Below, piece after piece: positions 1 to 8,771 of a stretch of DNA of 64,000 nucleotides. The DNA lies in the NCBI GenBank assembly GCA_964628985.1, contig CAZVNJ010000009.1, positions 66 to 64,065 of the forward strand. The letters are read 5' to 3'. The stretch's first letter is position 1; each line of letters starts with the position of its first letter. The translations under genes were made by a program, and so were the position numbers. The notes below the pieces were generated by a model that worked only from the letters and a program-made list of their open reading frames with translations, did no database searches and was not told the DNA's origin. The DNA is from an uncultured Dehalococcoides sp. GTDB taxonomy: Bacteria; Chloroflexota; Dehalococcoidia; UBA2979.

Positions 1-75
1 TTCGCCTACTACTGCACCGAGTTCTGCTCCGCGCTCCACCTGGAGATGCAGGGCTGGTTGATGGTCACCACCTAG
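1..75 (+). CDS. nosZ: Nitrous oxide reductase, clade II type, C-terminal CuA fragment (5' truncated by window edge)
   Basis: Frame 1 reads FAYYCTEFCSALHLEMQGWLMVTT*. CTEFCSALHLEM is the CuA motif in the clade II form, and nos accessory genes follow directly. Confidence 0.92.
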   Translation, partial: FAYYCTEFCSALHLEMQGWLMVTT

Positions 76-79
76 GAGA

Positions 80-114
80 CGGGCGGGCGAGGCGCCCCCC
101 GCCTCGCCCGCCCG
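80..114 (+). terminator. GC-rich stem-loop between nosZ and nosL (attenuator or mRNA stabiliser)
   Basis: cgggcgggcgaggcg-ccccc-cgcctcgcccgcccg is a perfect 15-bp stem with no U-tract. Confidence 0.6.
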
Positions 115-130
115 GACCAGGAGCACGGCG

Positions 131-607
131 ATGATCACGCGCAGGCGATTCCTCTCACTGGCCGGTTCGAGCGCGATCACGGGCGGCGTGATGCTGCTGG
201 CGGGGTGCTCGTCCAAGCCGGTGGACGCAGACGCGACGCCCAGCGTGCGGATGGGCGAGGAGCGCTGCGCCTACTGCACGATGCTGATTGACGACGTGCG
301 ATTCACGGCGGCATGGCGGACCGCGGACGGCATCGAGCGACATTTCGACGACATCGGGTGCATGGTGAACGGATCGCGGCGGGACGCCCCGCCGACTGGC
401 ACGCGCTACTGGGTGCACGACTACCGGACGGCCGCATGGCTTCGGGCGGGCGAGGCGTCCTTTGTGATCTCGCCAGCGATCAAGACGCCGATGACGTATG
501 GCGTGGCTGCGTTCGCTTCTGCGGTGGACGCATCAGGCGTGGTCCCGTCGGCTTCACCCTCACTCACCTGGGCGGACGTGCTTCAGACGGTTGAGAGGAA
601 GGGCTGA
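131..607 (+). CDS. nosL: NosL copper chaperone lipoprotein
   Basis: CAYCTM and FDDIGCM motifs, TPMTYG motif, TRRRFL twin-arginine-like leader and LAGC lipobox; nos context. Confidence 0.88.
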   Translation: MITRRRFLSLAGSSAITGGVMLLAGCSSKPVDADATPSVRMGEERCAYCTMLIDDVRFTAAWRTADGIERHFDDIGCMVNGSRRDAPPTGTRYWVHDYRTAAWLRAGEASFVISPAIKTPMTYGVAAFASAVDASGVVPSASPSLTWADVLQTVERKG

Positions 608-1284
608 TGTCACCGAAACGCCCCCGGATCGTGCGCGGGGAGGTCGACTGGGTCTGGTCGATCTGCACGCTGATGGCGGCGGCCCTCATCACGTTGGCGG
701 CGTGGCTTCCGCTCTGGGAGATGGAGATGCACGCGCCGCAGTATCCCCAGGGTCTCAGGCTGACTGCCTACGGGACGCGCATCGAGGGCGACCTGGACGA
801 GGTGAACGCGCTCAACCACTACGTAGGGATCGGGGCGATCCATCCTGAGGATGTGATCGAGTTGCGCTTGTTCCCGTACGCCGTGGCTGCCCTCGTGCTC
901 GCCCTGGTCGCGGGGGCATTCCTTGCCCGTCACCGACTCCTCCGACTTGGTCTCGCGCTCGGGGTCTGGTCCATGGCCATTGGGTTTCTCGGCGACCTGC
1001 AGTTCTGGCTGTACCGGACGGGCCACAACGTGCTGCCGGACGCGCCGATCCGTCCCGGGGAGTTCACGCCGAAAGTGGTCGGCACGACTCGCGTCCTGAA
1101 CTTCGAGAACGAGGCGATGGTGGTCGACGGATTCTGGCTGATCCTGACCGCGGCGTTGCTGATCTCATTCGGCCCATGGCTGTTCCGGTTCCTGGTCGCC
1201 TCTTGGAGGAACACGGGGCCGGTGAGTCCCGTCACCGAGGTGTCACAAACCGCAGGCTCTGCGCATCGTGGGAACGCCGCATGA
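607..1284 (+). CDS. nosB: NosB-like membrane protein of clade II nos clusters
   Basis: W-x5-APQYPQGL and LNHYVG motifs, about 4 TM segments, lies between nosL and nosD with overlapping stop/start codons. Confidence 0.75.
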   Translation: MSPKRPRIVRGEVDWVWSICTLMAAALITLAAWLPLWEMEMHAPQYPQGLRLTAYGTRIEGDLDEVNALNHYVGIGAIHPEDVIELRLFPYAVAALVLALVAGAFLARHRLLRLGLALGVWSMAIGFLGDLQFWLYRTGHNVLPDAPIRPGEFTPKVVGTTRVLNFENEAMVVDGFWLILTAALLISFGPWLFRFLVASWRNTGPVSPVTEVSQTAGSAHRGNAA

Positions 1285-2690
1285 CCGCCCCCACCGGCGC
1301 ATGGACGCGAGGAGCTCGAGGGAGGGCCGCCTCCACGGTGCTCCTCTCGGCGCTCCTCGCGTCCTTGCTGCTGGTCAGAGTGTCCGAGGCTGCCACGCCG
1401 TCGGGTTCGATCGCGGAGTTGGTCGCGCGTGCCAACCCTGGTGACACTGTCGTCGTTCCCCCGGGGGTCTACCGCGAGCAGCTGGTGGTGGACCGCCGGG
1501 TCACGCTGGTAGGAAACGGCGAGGCCGTGATCGACGGTGGTGGAAGGGGCGATGTGGTCCGGGTCGTGGCGGCCGATGTGACCCTCCGAGGATTCACCAT
1601 CCGGGGCTCCGGCCGGGATGTGGTCGCCGAGCCGGCCGCCATCCGCATCCTCGCCGACCGCGCGACGGTCGAAGACAACCGGATCCAGGACACGCTCTAC
1701 GGGATCGTGATGGAAGACAGCGAGGGGCACCGGATCCTGCGCAACCAGATCTCCAGCATGGTGGAGTTCGGTGCGGAACGTCGCGGGCACGCGCTGTACC
1801 TGTGGCACGCCGACCGGACCGTGGTGGAGGGGAACACAGTACGAGGTGCGAAGGACGGGGTATTCCTCGGGTTCGCGAGCCACAACCGCGTAGAGCACAA
1901 TCACGTCTCGGACGTGCGCTACGGGATTCACTACATGTACGCGGACCACAACGAGTTCGTGGGCAACGTGTTCCGGGACGGCGTGGCCGGCGGCGCGATC
2001 ATGTTCTCCCGCGACGTGACGTTCCGGGGCAACGAGTTCTCGTACAACCGCTCGGCGGCCTCGGGGTACGGGTTGCTCTTCAAGGACGTGGACGATGTCC
2101 TGATGGAGGACAACCGAGTCCACCACAATCGCCTCGGCATCACGCTCGAGGGCGCGCCGCTGGCCCCGGGGGCGACCGTCACGCTGCGCCGCAACCTCGT
2201 GTCGTTCAACGACGTGGCGATCGAGGTGTCCACGACGACCGCAGCGACCCTCACCGAAAACACCTTTACGGGGAACCTGCAGCAGGTGGTGACGACGGGT
2301 CGCGGCGCCGGGCGGAACGCCTGGTCGCAGGATGGGCGGGGGAACTACTGGGACGACTACCAGGGGTACGACGCGGACGGCGATGGAGTTGGCGATATCC
2401 CATTCCAGTACGACGGGATCTTCGAGGAGTTGACCCGGCGTGACGAATGGATCCGCGCGTACGCCTTCACTCCGGCGCGGATGGCGCTCGACCTCGCGGC
2501 GCGCTGGTTCCCGGCATTCCGCCCGGAGCCGTCGGTGGTGGACCGGCATCCGCTGGTCCGCCCGCCGATGCGACTCGAAACGACGTCTTCTCCGGCGGGG
2601 CGCGTGACCGCGACGCTCACGATGGCCCTTCTCCTGGCGGTGCCGCTGGTCGGATGGCGCTGGTCTGCGAGGGGGGGTGCGCGATGGTAG
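1281..2690 (+). CDS. nosD: NosD (CASH/beta-helix maturation protein) with C-terminal membrane anchor
   Basis: RYGIHYMY, GNYWDDYQGYDADGDGVGDIP motifs. ATG 1281 overlaps the nosB stop (ATGA). Confidence 0.92.
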   Translation: MTAPTGAWTRGARGRAASTVLLSALLASLLLVRVSEAATPSGSIAELVARANPGDTVVVPPGVYREQLVVDRRVTLVGNGEAVIDGGGRGDVVRVVAADVTLRGFTIRGSGRDVVAEPAAIRILADRATVEDNRIQDTLYGIVMEDSEGHRILRNQISSMVEFGAERRGHALYLWHADRTVVEGNTVRGAKDGVFLGFASHNRVEHNHVSDVRYGIHYMYADHNEFVGNVFRDGVAGGAIMFSRDVTFRGNEFSYNRSAASGYGLLFKDVDDVLMEDNRVHHNRLGITLEGAPLAPGATVTLRRNLVSFNDVAIEVSTTTAATLTENTFTGNLQQVVTTGRGAGRNAWSQDGRGNYWDDYQGYDADGDGVGDIPFQYDGIFEELTRRDEWIRAYAFTPARMALDLAARWFPAFRPEPSVVDRHPLVRPPMRLETTSSPAGRVTATLTMALLLAVPLVGWRWSARGGARW

Positions 2691-3589
2691 CGATGCTGCA
2701 GGCGGCCAACGTTGGGAAGCGCTACGGGCGGGCGCTCGCGCTGGACGGCGTTACGTTCGCGCTGGAGGCAGGTGAGGTACTCGCGCTGATCGGCGCCAAT
2801 GGCGCGGGGAAGAGCACCCTGATCAAGTCGGTGGTGGGGCTGGTGCGGCACACGGGCAGCGTGAGCGTGCGCGGTGTGGACGTGGCGCGGCACCCGAAGC
2901 AGGCGCACTCGCTGATTGGGTACCTCCCCCAACACCCCGCGCTGCACCCGGACCTCACGGTGCGGGAGACGGCGCTGTTCTATGCCGGCATGAAGGGCGT
3001 GAAGGGTGAGCGTGCGCGCGCGGGCGTGCAGGCGGCAGGACTTGAGGATCACGCGGAGAAGCAGGTGGGAGCGCTGTCCGGCGGGATGCGTCAGCGGCTG
3101 GCGTTGGCCGTCTCGCTCCTGGCGGAGCCGCCGCTGCTGGTGCTCGATGAGCCGGGGACGGGCCTTGATATTTCGGCACGCCTCGAACTGCGGCACCTCA
3201 TCCAGGACCAGCGGGCGCGGGGCACGGCCGTGCTGCTCTCCACGCACTGGCTGGAGGACGTGCCCTACATCGCCGACCAGGTGATGGTGCTGGAGGGCGG
3301 GCGCGTTGCCGGTCTCGGACCGGCGGGGTCACTCGGTGGGCTGGGAGCACCGCAGTCGCGACTCTACCTGCGCCTGAACGGCCACAGCCCGGAGGCAATC
3401 CCGCTGATCACGAGTCTCTTCCCGGGGGCTGGCGTGGACCAGACGGGCGACTGGCTGGTGGTGACAACCGCAGCCGCGAAGAAGGCGCGCGTGGTGGAAG
3501 CGGTCGCGAGCGCGGGCATCTGCATCCTTGACCTGCGGGTCGAGGAGGTGGCTGCTGGGGGCACGGGCGGGATCGAGGTGATGGCGTGA
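2684..3589 (+). CDS. nosF: NosF ABC ATPase
   Basis: Walker A GANGAGKS, signature LSGGMRQR, Walker B LVLDEP; lies between nosD and nosY. Confidence 0.88.
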   Translation: MVAMLQAANVGKRYGRALALDGVTFALEAGEVLALIGANGAGKSTLIKSVVGLVRHTGSVSVRGVDVARHPKQAHSLIGYLPQHPALHPDLTVRETALFYAGMKGVKGERARAGVQAAGLEDHAEKQVGALSGGMRQRLALAVSLLAEPPLLVLDEPGTGLDISARLELRHLIQDQRARGTAVLLSTHWLEDVPYIADQVMVLEGGRVAGLGPAGSLGGLGAPQSRLYLRLNGHSPEAIPLITSLFPGAGVDQTGDWLVVTTAAAKKARVVEAVASAGICILDLRVEEVAAGGTGGIEVMA

Positions 3590-4407
3590 GCGCGACGAGG
3601 GCCGTGATCCAGAAGGAGCTGCGAGACGCGGCGCGCAGCCGCTGGCTGGTCGGGTTTGCTGGGACATTCGCGCTGATGGCACTCGCGTTGTCGCTTGCCC
3701 AGGGGCAGGGTGGGAGTGTCTCGGGCCAGGGGTTCACGCGGACGACGGCAGGGCTGGTGAACCTCTGCCTGCTGCTCGTCCCCTTGCTCGCGCTCACACT
3801 CGGTGCAGGTGCGGTGTCGGGCGAGCGCGAGCGCGGGACGCTGGCCTCGCTCCTCTCACAGCCGATCTCGCCGGCGGGCCTGCTGCTGGCGAAGTACGTG
3901 GGCCTGGTGCTGGCGGTGTGGGCGGCGATCGCTCTCGGGTTCGGCAGCGCTGGGCTGGTGCTGGGGCTGGTGAGGCCCCTCGGCGGCATCGGCGAGTATG
4001 TGCAGTTCATGATGCTGGCGGGCGGGCTGGCCGCCACGACACTGAGCATCGGGATGCTGATCTCGGTGTGGAGCGACAGCCGAGTGAAGGCGTTCGCGCT
4101 CGCGATCGTGGCATGGTTCGTGCTCGTGCTGTTCTACGACTTCGCCGCGATTGGGGCGGTCCTCTCGTTCTCAGTGTCGGGTCAGGGATTGCTTGCGGCC
4201 GTGCTGGCCAACCCGGTCGAGGGCGCGCGGATCCTCGCGGTGGTGGGGCTCGATCCGGACCTGCGGGTGCTCGGCCCACTCGGCGCCTACCTCGTCAACG
4301 AGCTCGGCGTGGGCGTCACGACAGCACTGCTCGTGGGAGCGCTCGTGGCGTGGACCGTGGTGCCGCTGGGGATCGCGGCACGCGTGTTCGCCCGTCAGGA
4401 TTGCTGA
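3586..4407 (+). CDS. nosY: NosY ABC permease
   Basis: Multi-TM protein with GERERGTLASLLSQP and LANPVEGAR motifs; GTGA overlap with nosF. Confidence 0.88.
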   Translation: MSATRAVIQKELRDAARSRWLVGFAGTFALMALALSLAQGQGGSVSGQGFTRTTAGLVNLCLLLVPLLALTLGAGAVSGERERGTLASLLSQPISPAGLLLAKYVGLVLAVWAAIALGFGSAGLVLGLVRPLGGIGEYVQFMMLAGGLAATTLSIGMLISVWSDSRVKAFALAIVAWFVLVLFYDFAAIGAVLSFSVSGQGLLAAVLANPVEGARILAVVGLDPDLRVLGPLGAYLVNELGVGVTTALLVGALVAWTVVPLGIAARVFARQDC

Positions 4408-4551
4408 CCGGCGAGCGGAGCGACGCCTCCTCGACGATAGCGCCGAACCAGCACTGCCCGAGCCCGAGCAGGCCGGGCGGGGTGTCCCTTCGACGACGAA
4501 CCGCCTCGATGCGCCGCAGTAGGATGGCTGCGCTGCGTGAGGGGGAGATCG

Positions 4552-5454
4552 ATGCGCGCACTCGTGGTGGACCCTGGGGTAGATGGGCGATTGCGGCTGG
4601 GGGAGGCGCCTGAGCCGGAGCCGCGCGCAGACCAGGTGCTGGTGTCGGTGCAGCACCTGTCGCTGAACTATGGCGACCTGCGCGGGGCGCAAGCGCGGCC
4701 AGCCGGCTTCGTGCCAGGATGGGATGCCTCCGGGATCGTCCTGCGCGCCGCTCCGAGCGGTGCCGGGCCCGCCGAAGGCACCCGCGTGGTGACGACGATG
4801 AGCACGCAGGGCGGCTGGGCCGAGCGGCGCGCGGTGGATCTCGATGAGCTCGCCGTCGTACCTGCCGAGATCGATCTCGGCGTGGCCTCGACGCTCCCGG
4901 TGGCGGGAGTGTCCGCCCTCCGCGCGCTGCGGCGGTCCGGCTCGCTGCTCGGCCGTCGGGTGCTCGTGACCGGGGCGTCGGGCGGAGTCGGGCGGTTCGC
5001 TGTGCAACTGGCCGCCCTCGGCGGTGCACATGTGATCGCGAGCGTCGGGTCGGAGGCGCGCGGGGAGGGGCTGCGAGCGCTCGGGGCTGCCGAGGTCGTC
5101 GTCGGCCTTGAGGGCGTAACGGCGCCGCTCCACGTCGTGATCGACAATGTCGGCGGATCGCAACTGGTGAAGGTGTGGGGGCTGCTCGGCGAGGGCGGCG
5201 TCGTGCAGTGCATCGGCACCACTTCGCAGGAGCCCGCCTCTTTCACGTCGCTGACGGGGATGAAGCGTTCGATCGAGGCGTTCACGAAGGGCCCGCGATC
5301 TGGCGAGGACATCGGATATCTCATCTCGCTGATGCAGGCGGGGCAGCTGCAGGTGGACGTCGGCTGGCGCGGATCGTGGTCACGGATCGCCGAGGCCGGG
5401 GCGGCGCTGTTTGGGCGCCAGGTTGCGGGCAAGGCCGTCCTCGACGTCGACTGA
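4552..5454 (+). CDS. Medium-chain dehydrogenase/reductase (quinone oxidoreductase-like, no Zn ligands)
   Basis: SLNYGD, GWDASG, LVTGASGGVG nucleotide-binding motif, C-terminal GKAVL. Confidence 0.85.
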   Translation: MRALVVDPGVDGRLRLGEAPEPEPRADQVLVSVQHLSLNYGDLRGAQARPAGFVPGWDASGIVLRAAPSGAGPAEGTRVVTTMSTQGGWAERRAVDLDELAVVPAEIDLGVASTLPVAGVSALRALRRSGSLLGRRVLVTGASGGVGRFAVQLAALGGAHVIASVGSEARGEGLRALGAAEVVVGLEGVTAPLHVVIDNVGGSQLVKVWGLLGEGGVVQCIGTTSQEPASFTSLTGMKRSIEAFTKGPRSGEDIGYLISLMQAGQLQVDVGWRGSWSRIAEAGAALFGRQVAGKAVLDVD

Positions 5455-5526
5455 CGGTTCGAGGGCGTCCCGGCGCGGACCCGTTGCGCCGCGCGACCGG
5501 GGGGCGCGGCGCGTACACTTCGAAGT

Positions 5527-6036
5527 ATGCAGACAGCCGTACGCTTCCTCTACGCCACCGCGATTGCGCTGTTCCTGGCGCTGACGATCGGGTTCGGGAC
5601 GCTCACGTTCTATCCGGGCCCAGACCGCCCGGAGTACCCGCTCTCCGCGGAGATCCGGAAGCCGGACGGCACGCCGACTCCGCAGGAGACCGCGGCGATG
5701 CGGCAGTACGAGGAAGATAGCCGCCGCTTCCAGGACCAAGAGCGGGTGCACCACCGGAATGTGCTGCTCGTCGTCACGGGTCTCGCAGCCCTCGCGTTGC
5801 TTGTAGGTGTGATCGCCTCGTCCGCCCTCGACGTCCTGCGTGTTGGCTTCATGCTCGGGGCGCTCTTCAGCGTCTTCTGGGCCCTTACCTACGGGGCGAG
5901 CGCCGCGGGACAAGGCGCCATCTTTGTGGCGGCGCTGCTGGTGCTTGTGCTCCTTGCAGCGCTCAGCGTGGACCGGGTGCGAGCCTGGCTGGCGCGATCG
6001 CTGCGCCTCGGTGCGGGGGACGACCTGCTGCGGTAA
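5527..6036 (+). CDS. Hypothetical 4-TM membrane protein
   Basis: ATG start, one N-terminal TM, a polar loop, then 3 hydrophobic segments; coding-like GC3 pattern. Confidence 0.65.
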   Translation: MQTAVRFLYATAIALFLALTIGFGTLTFYPGPDRPEYPLSAEIRKPDGTPTPQETAAMRQYEEDSRRFQDQERVHHRNVLLVVTGLAALALLVGVIASSALDVLRVGFMLGALFSVFWALTYGASAAGQGAIFVAALLVLVLLAALSVDRVRAWLARSLRLGAGDDLLR

Positions 6037-6214
6037 TGGGCGCGCAGCACCTCGTGGTGCTGTGGAGGGATCTCCGCGGCTTCGTCCGGGCAGCCTCCTG
6101 TCCCTCCGGCAAGCCTTTGCCCCGCTGAGTCTCGACAGGAACGCGCATACTTCCTCCGATCGCCAGCCCGACGGCATCGACGTGCCGCGGCGAGGCGGAC
6201 GTGGGAGGGCCGGA

Positions 6215-7030
6215 GTGGACTATCAGGACCTGATCCTTCAGCACGCGGACGGCGTTGCCCTGGTGACGCTGAACCGGCCAGAGCGGCTGAATGCCATCAG
6301 CCCGCGGCTGGTCCACGAGTTACTCGATGTCGTAGAAACGACGCAGCACGACGACATGACGAAGGTGCTGTTGATCACGGGCGCAGGGCGCGGGTTCTGC
6401 GCCGGGGCGGACCTCGCGGCGACGCCGGAGGATCGAGCGGCGGACGTGGAGATGGACGAGGCGGCTGGGTACCGCCGCATGCTGAAGGGTCCGATCGGGC
6501 ACTGGGGTGTGCTGTACTCGGCGCTCGGGCACTATCCGAAGCCGGTGATCGCGGCGGTGAACGGCGTGTCGGCGGGGGCCGGGCTGTCGCTCTCGCTGGC
6601 GGCGGACATCCGAGTGGCCTCGACGGCGGCGCGGTTCATCTCGGTGTTCATGCGCCGAGGCCTCGTGCCTGACACGGGGACGAGTTACCACCTGACGCAG
6701 TTGATCGGGCGAGGGCGCGCAATCGAGATGATGCTCACCGGCGAAGAGGTGGACGCCGAGACGGCGTATCGCTGGGGGCTGGTGAACCGTCTAGTCGAGC
6801 CAGAGCGGCTGATGGAAGAAGCGATGGGACTCGCCCGCAAACTGGCGAGCGGCCCTTCAGTGACCGTAGAACTGACGAAACAGCTCGTGAACGATCTGAC
6901 GCGTGAGGGCCTCGATCGCCAATTGCAGAACGAGGCATGGGCCGGGACGCGGGTCGCCCTTTCTGAGGACCAGGGCGAGGGGCGTCGCGCCTTCATCGAG
7001 GGTCGACCTCCGCAGTGGACGGGGCGGTAG
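6215..7030 (+). CDS. Enoyl-CoA hydratase/isomerase family protein
   Basis: TLNRPERLNA, GFCAGADL, KPVIAAVNG, AGAGLSL motifs. Start moved to GTG 6215. Confidence 0.9.
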   Translation: MDYQDLILQHADGVALVTLNRPERLNAISPRLVHELLDVVETTQHDDMTKVLLITGAGRGFCAGADLAATPEDRAADVEMDEAAGYRRMLKGPIGHWGVLYSALGHYPKPVIAAVNGVSAGAGLSLSLAADIRVASTAARFISVFMRRGLVPDTGTSYHLTQLIGRGRAIEMMLTGEEVDAETAYRWGLVNRLVEPERLMEEAMGLARKLASGPSVTVELTKQLVNDLTREGLDRQLQNEAWAGTRVALSEDQGEGRRAFIEGRPPQWTGR

Positions 7031-7054
7031 CCCTCAGAGGCTGGACGCAGAGCG

Positions 7055-7084
7055 GGCGAAGGCGGGGAACTCCCCGCCTTCGCC
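7055..7084. terminator. Probable bidirectional terminator hairpin between convergent genes
   Basis: ggcgaaggcgggg-aact-ccccgccttcgcc, a perfect 13-bp stem. Confidence 0.7.
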
Positions 7085-7127
7085 GTGAGATCCGTTGCCT
7101 GATCCGCGCCGCCGGTCCACCTGAGAC

Positions 7128-8501
7128 CTAGTGCGCGGCGCCTCCGGCGGCCGGCACGTCACCGGCCTGGAAGAGCCCGAGTGCGCCCTTGCCGACGTTG
7201 GCGAACTTGTGGGTCACGATGGGGTAGAGGCCCACCTTGTCCATCGTGAACTCGACGAAGCCACCCTGTGCCGGCTGCAGGTCCAGTGCCTGCGCGCCGC
7301 CCTTCAGGTCACCGGGCCGCAGTGTGTACGCGCCCTCCTTGTACATGGTGTCGAAGATCGTCCCCACGATGTGGAACGAGGAATTCTCCGACGGGCCAGC
7401 GTCCAGCACCCACGCCCGGTAGCGCCGGTTCGGCTCGATACGGATGGGCTGGTGCAGGTACTGGTTCACGTAGCCGTTGAACACGACCGCGTCCCATGCC
7501 TCGCCCACCATCTTGGTCAGGTCGCCCGGCTGCCCGAGGGGACCGGTGTAGATCTCGCCCTGGACGAAGATGAACTCGCGGTCCACGGCCGGTAGTCCGG
7601 GTGGGTCGATGATGATGGCGCCGAACATCCCGTTGCCGATGTGGTGGAGCGCTGGGGCCGTACCGCAGTGGTACATGTAGATCCCGGAGTGCTTCGCCTC
7701 AAACTTGTAGACAAGGCTCTCGCCGGGTTGCAGGGTGCGCATCTCCTCATTCCACGCGACCTTGCTGGCGTGGAAGTCGATCGAGTGACCGAGCTTGCCC
7801 TTGTTGACGAGCGTGATCTCGAACGTGTCACCCACCTTGCCGCGCAAGACCGGACCCGGGGCCTGCCCGTTGAACGTCCACATCTCCTGGGTCACGCCCG
7901 GGGCGACTTCGACGACGGTCTCGTTGGCCTCAAGCGTGAGGCGGTGAGTGGTCGCGGCCGGTGCGGCCGGCGCAATCGGGTCGCGCCGCTTCCAGTTCGC
8001 GGCCGGCTTGGCAGCGAAGTCGATCTTCGCCCCGGCGGCTGCGGGCGCGCCGGCTGCGGAGACGCTGCTCTCGGTGGTGGCCGCGACCTTCACGTCCATG
8101 GTCATGCCGGCTGCGGCGTGCCCTGGGACGTCACACAGCAATTGGACGTTCTTCGTGATGGGGCCGATTTTCACTTTCTCGGTCTCGCCGGGGCCGAGCA
8201 TCTTCGTCCCGGTCTTGCCGAGCACGAGGTTGTGCGGGATCTGGCCGCGGTTCGTGACGGTGAGTTCCAGCGTGGTGTTGCTGGCGACCTCGATCTCCTT
8301 CGGCTTGATGAAGAGGTCGCCGAGTTCGACGTCTAGCGCTTTTGTGCTGGAGGCAGGCGTGGCTGCGATGGCGACCTTGGGTGCAGCGGTGGAGGTGGAC
8401 TCCCCGTTCGTGGTGCTCACGAGGGTGATCGCGGCAATGAATATCGCGCCGACCCCGAGGATGATCCCGAAGTACGCGAGCATCTTGTTGTTTGAGTCCA
8501 T
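7128..8501 (-). CDS. nirK: Copper-containing nitrite reductase with N-terminal TM anchor and extra cupredoxin domain
   Basis: HSIDFHA, YHCGTAPALHHIGNGM, SSFHIVG and VTHKF supply type 1/type 2 Cu ligands plus catalytic Asp and His. N-terminal PHNL...CDVPGHAAAGM is an additional type 1 Cu site. Confidence 0.85.
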   Translation of the reverse strand: MDSNNKMLAYFGIILGVGAIFIAAITLVSTTNGESTSTAAPKVAIAATPASSTKALDVELGDLFIKPKEIEVASNTTLELTVTNRGQIPHNLVLGKTGTKMLGPGETEKVKIGPITKNVQLLCDVPGHAAAGMTMDVKVAATTESSVSAAGAPAAAGAKIDFAAKPAANWKRRDPIAPAAPAATTHRLTLEANETVVEVAPGVTQEMWTFNGQAPGPVLRGKVGDTFEITLVNKGKLGHSIDFHASKVAWNEEMRTLQPGESLVYKFEAKHSGIYMYHCGTAPALHHIGNGMFGAIIIDPPGLPAVDREFIFVQGEIYTGPLGQPGDLTKMVGEAWDAVVFNGYVNQYLHQPIRIEPNRRYRAWVLDAGPSENSSFHIVGTIFDTMYKEGAYTLRPGDLKGGAQALDLQPAQGGFVEFTMDKVGLYPIVTHKFANVGKGALGLFQAGDVPAAGGAAH

Positions 8502-8771
8502 CAGACACCTTCCTCCGCCGGAGGCGCATCCACGTCGAGGACGTTGCTTCTCCGGTGCGTGAAACGTAATTCGCGTGGGGTTCCGGTTCCCCCGACGTTC
8601 GTCAACCGTTGAAGGTGCCCAAAGGTCCCTCGGGGTTCCCTAGGGTCCTTCGGTAACCACGCCGCCAGGCGAGGTTCCCGGGCTCCTTGAATCTGCGGAA
8701 GCCGGGTCAGAGGTACGGATCGAATCTGACGGGCGCGGTGGACGTCCCGGCGTACACTCCGGCCGAAGTGC

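Noticed and set aside
7064-7076. GGGGAACTCCCCG as another copy of the flagellar motif
   Set aside because: It is the core of a 13-bp terminator hairpin between convergent genes and has no sigma28-like -10 at the expected distance.
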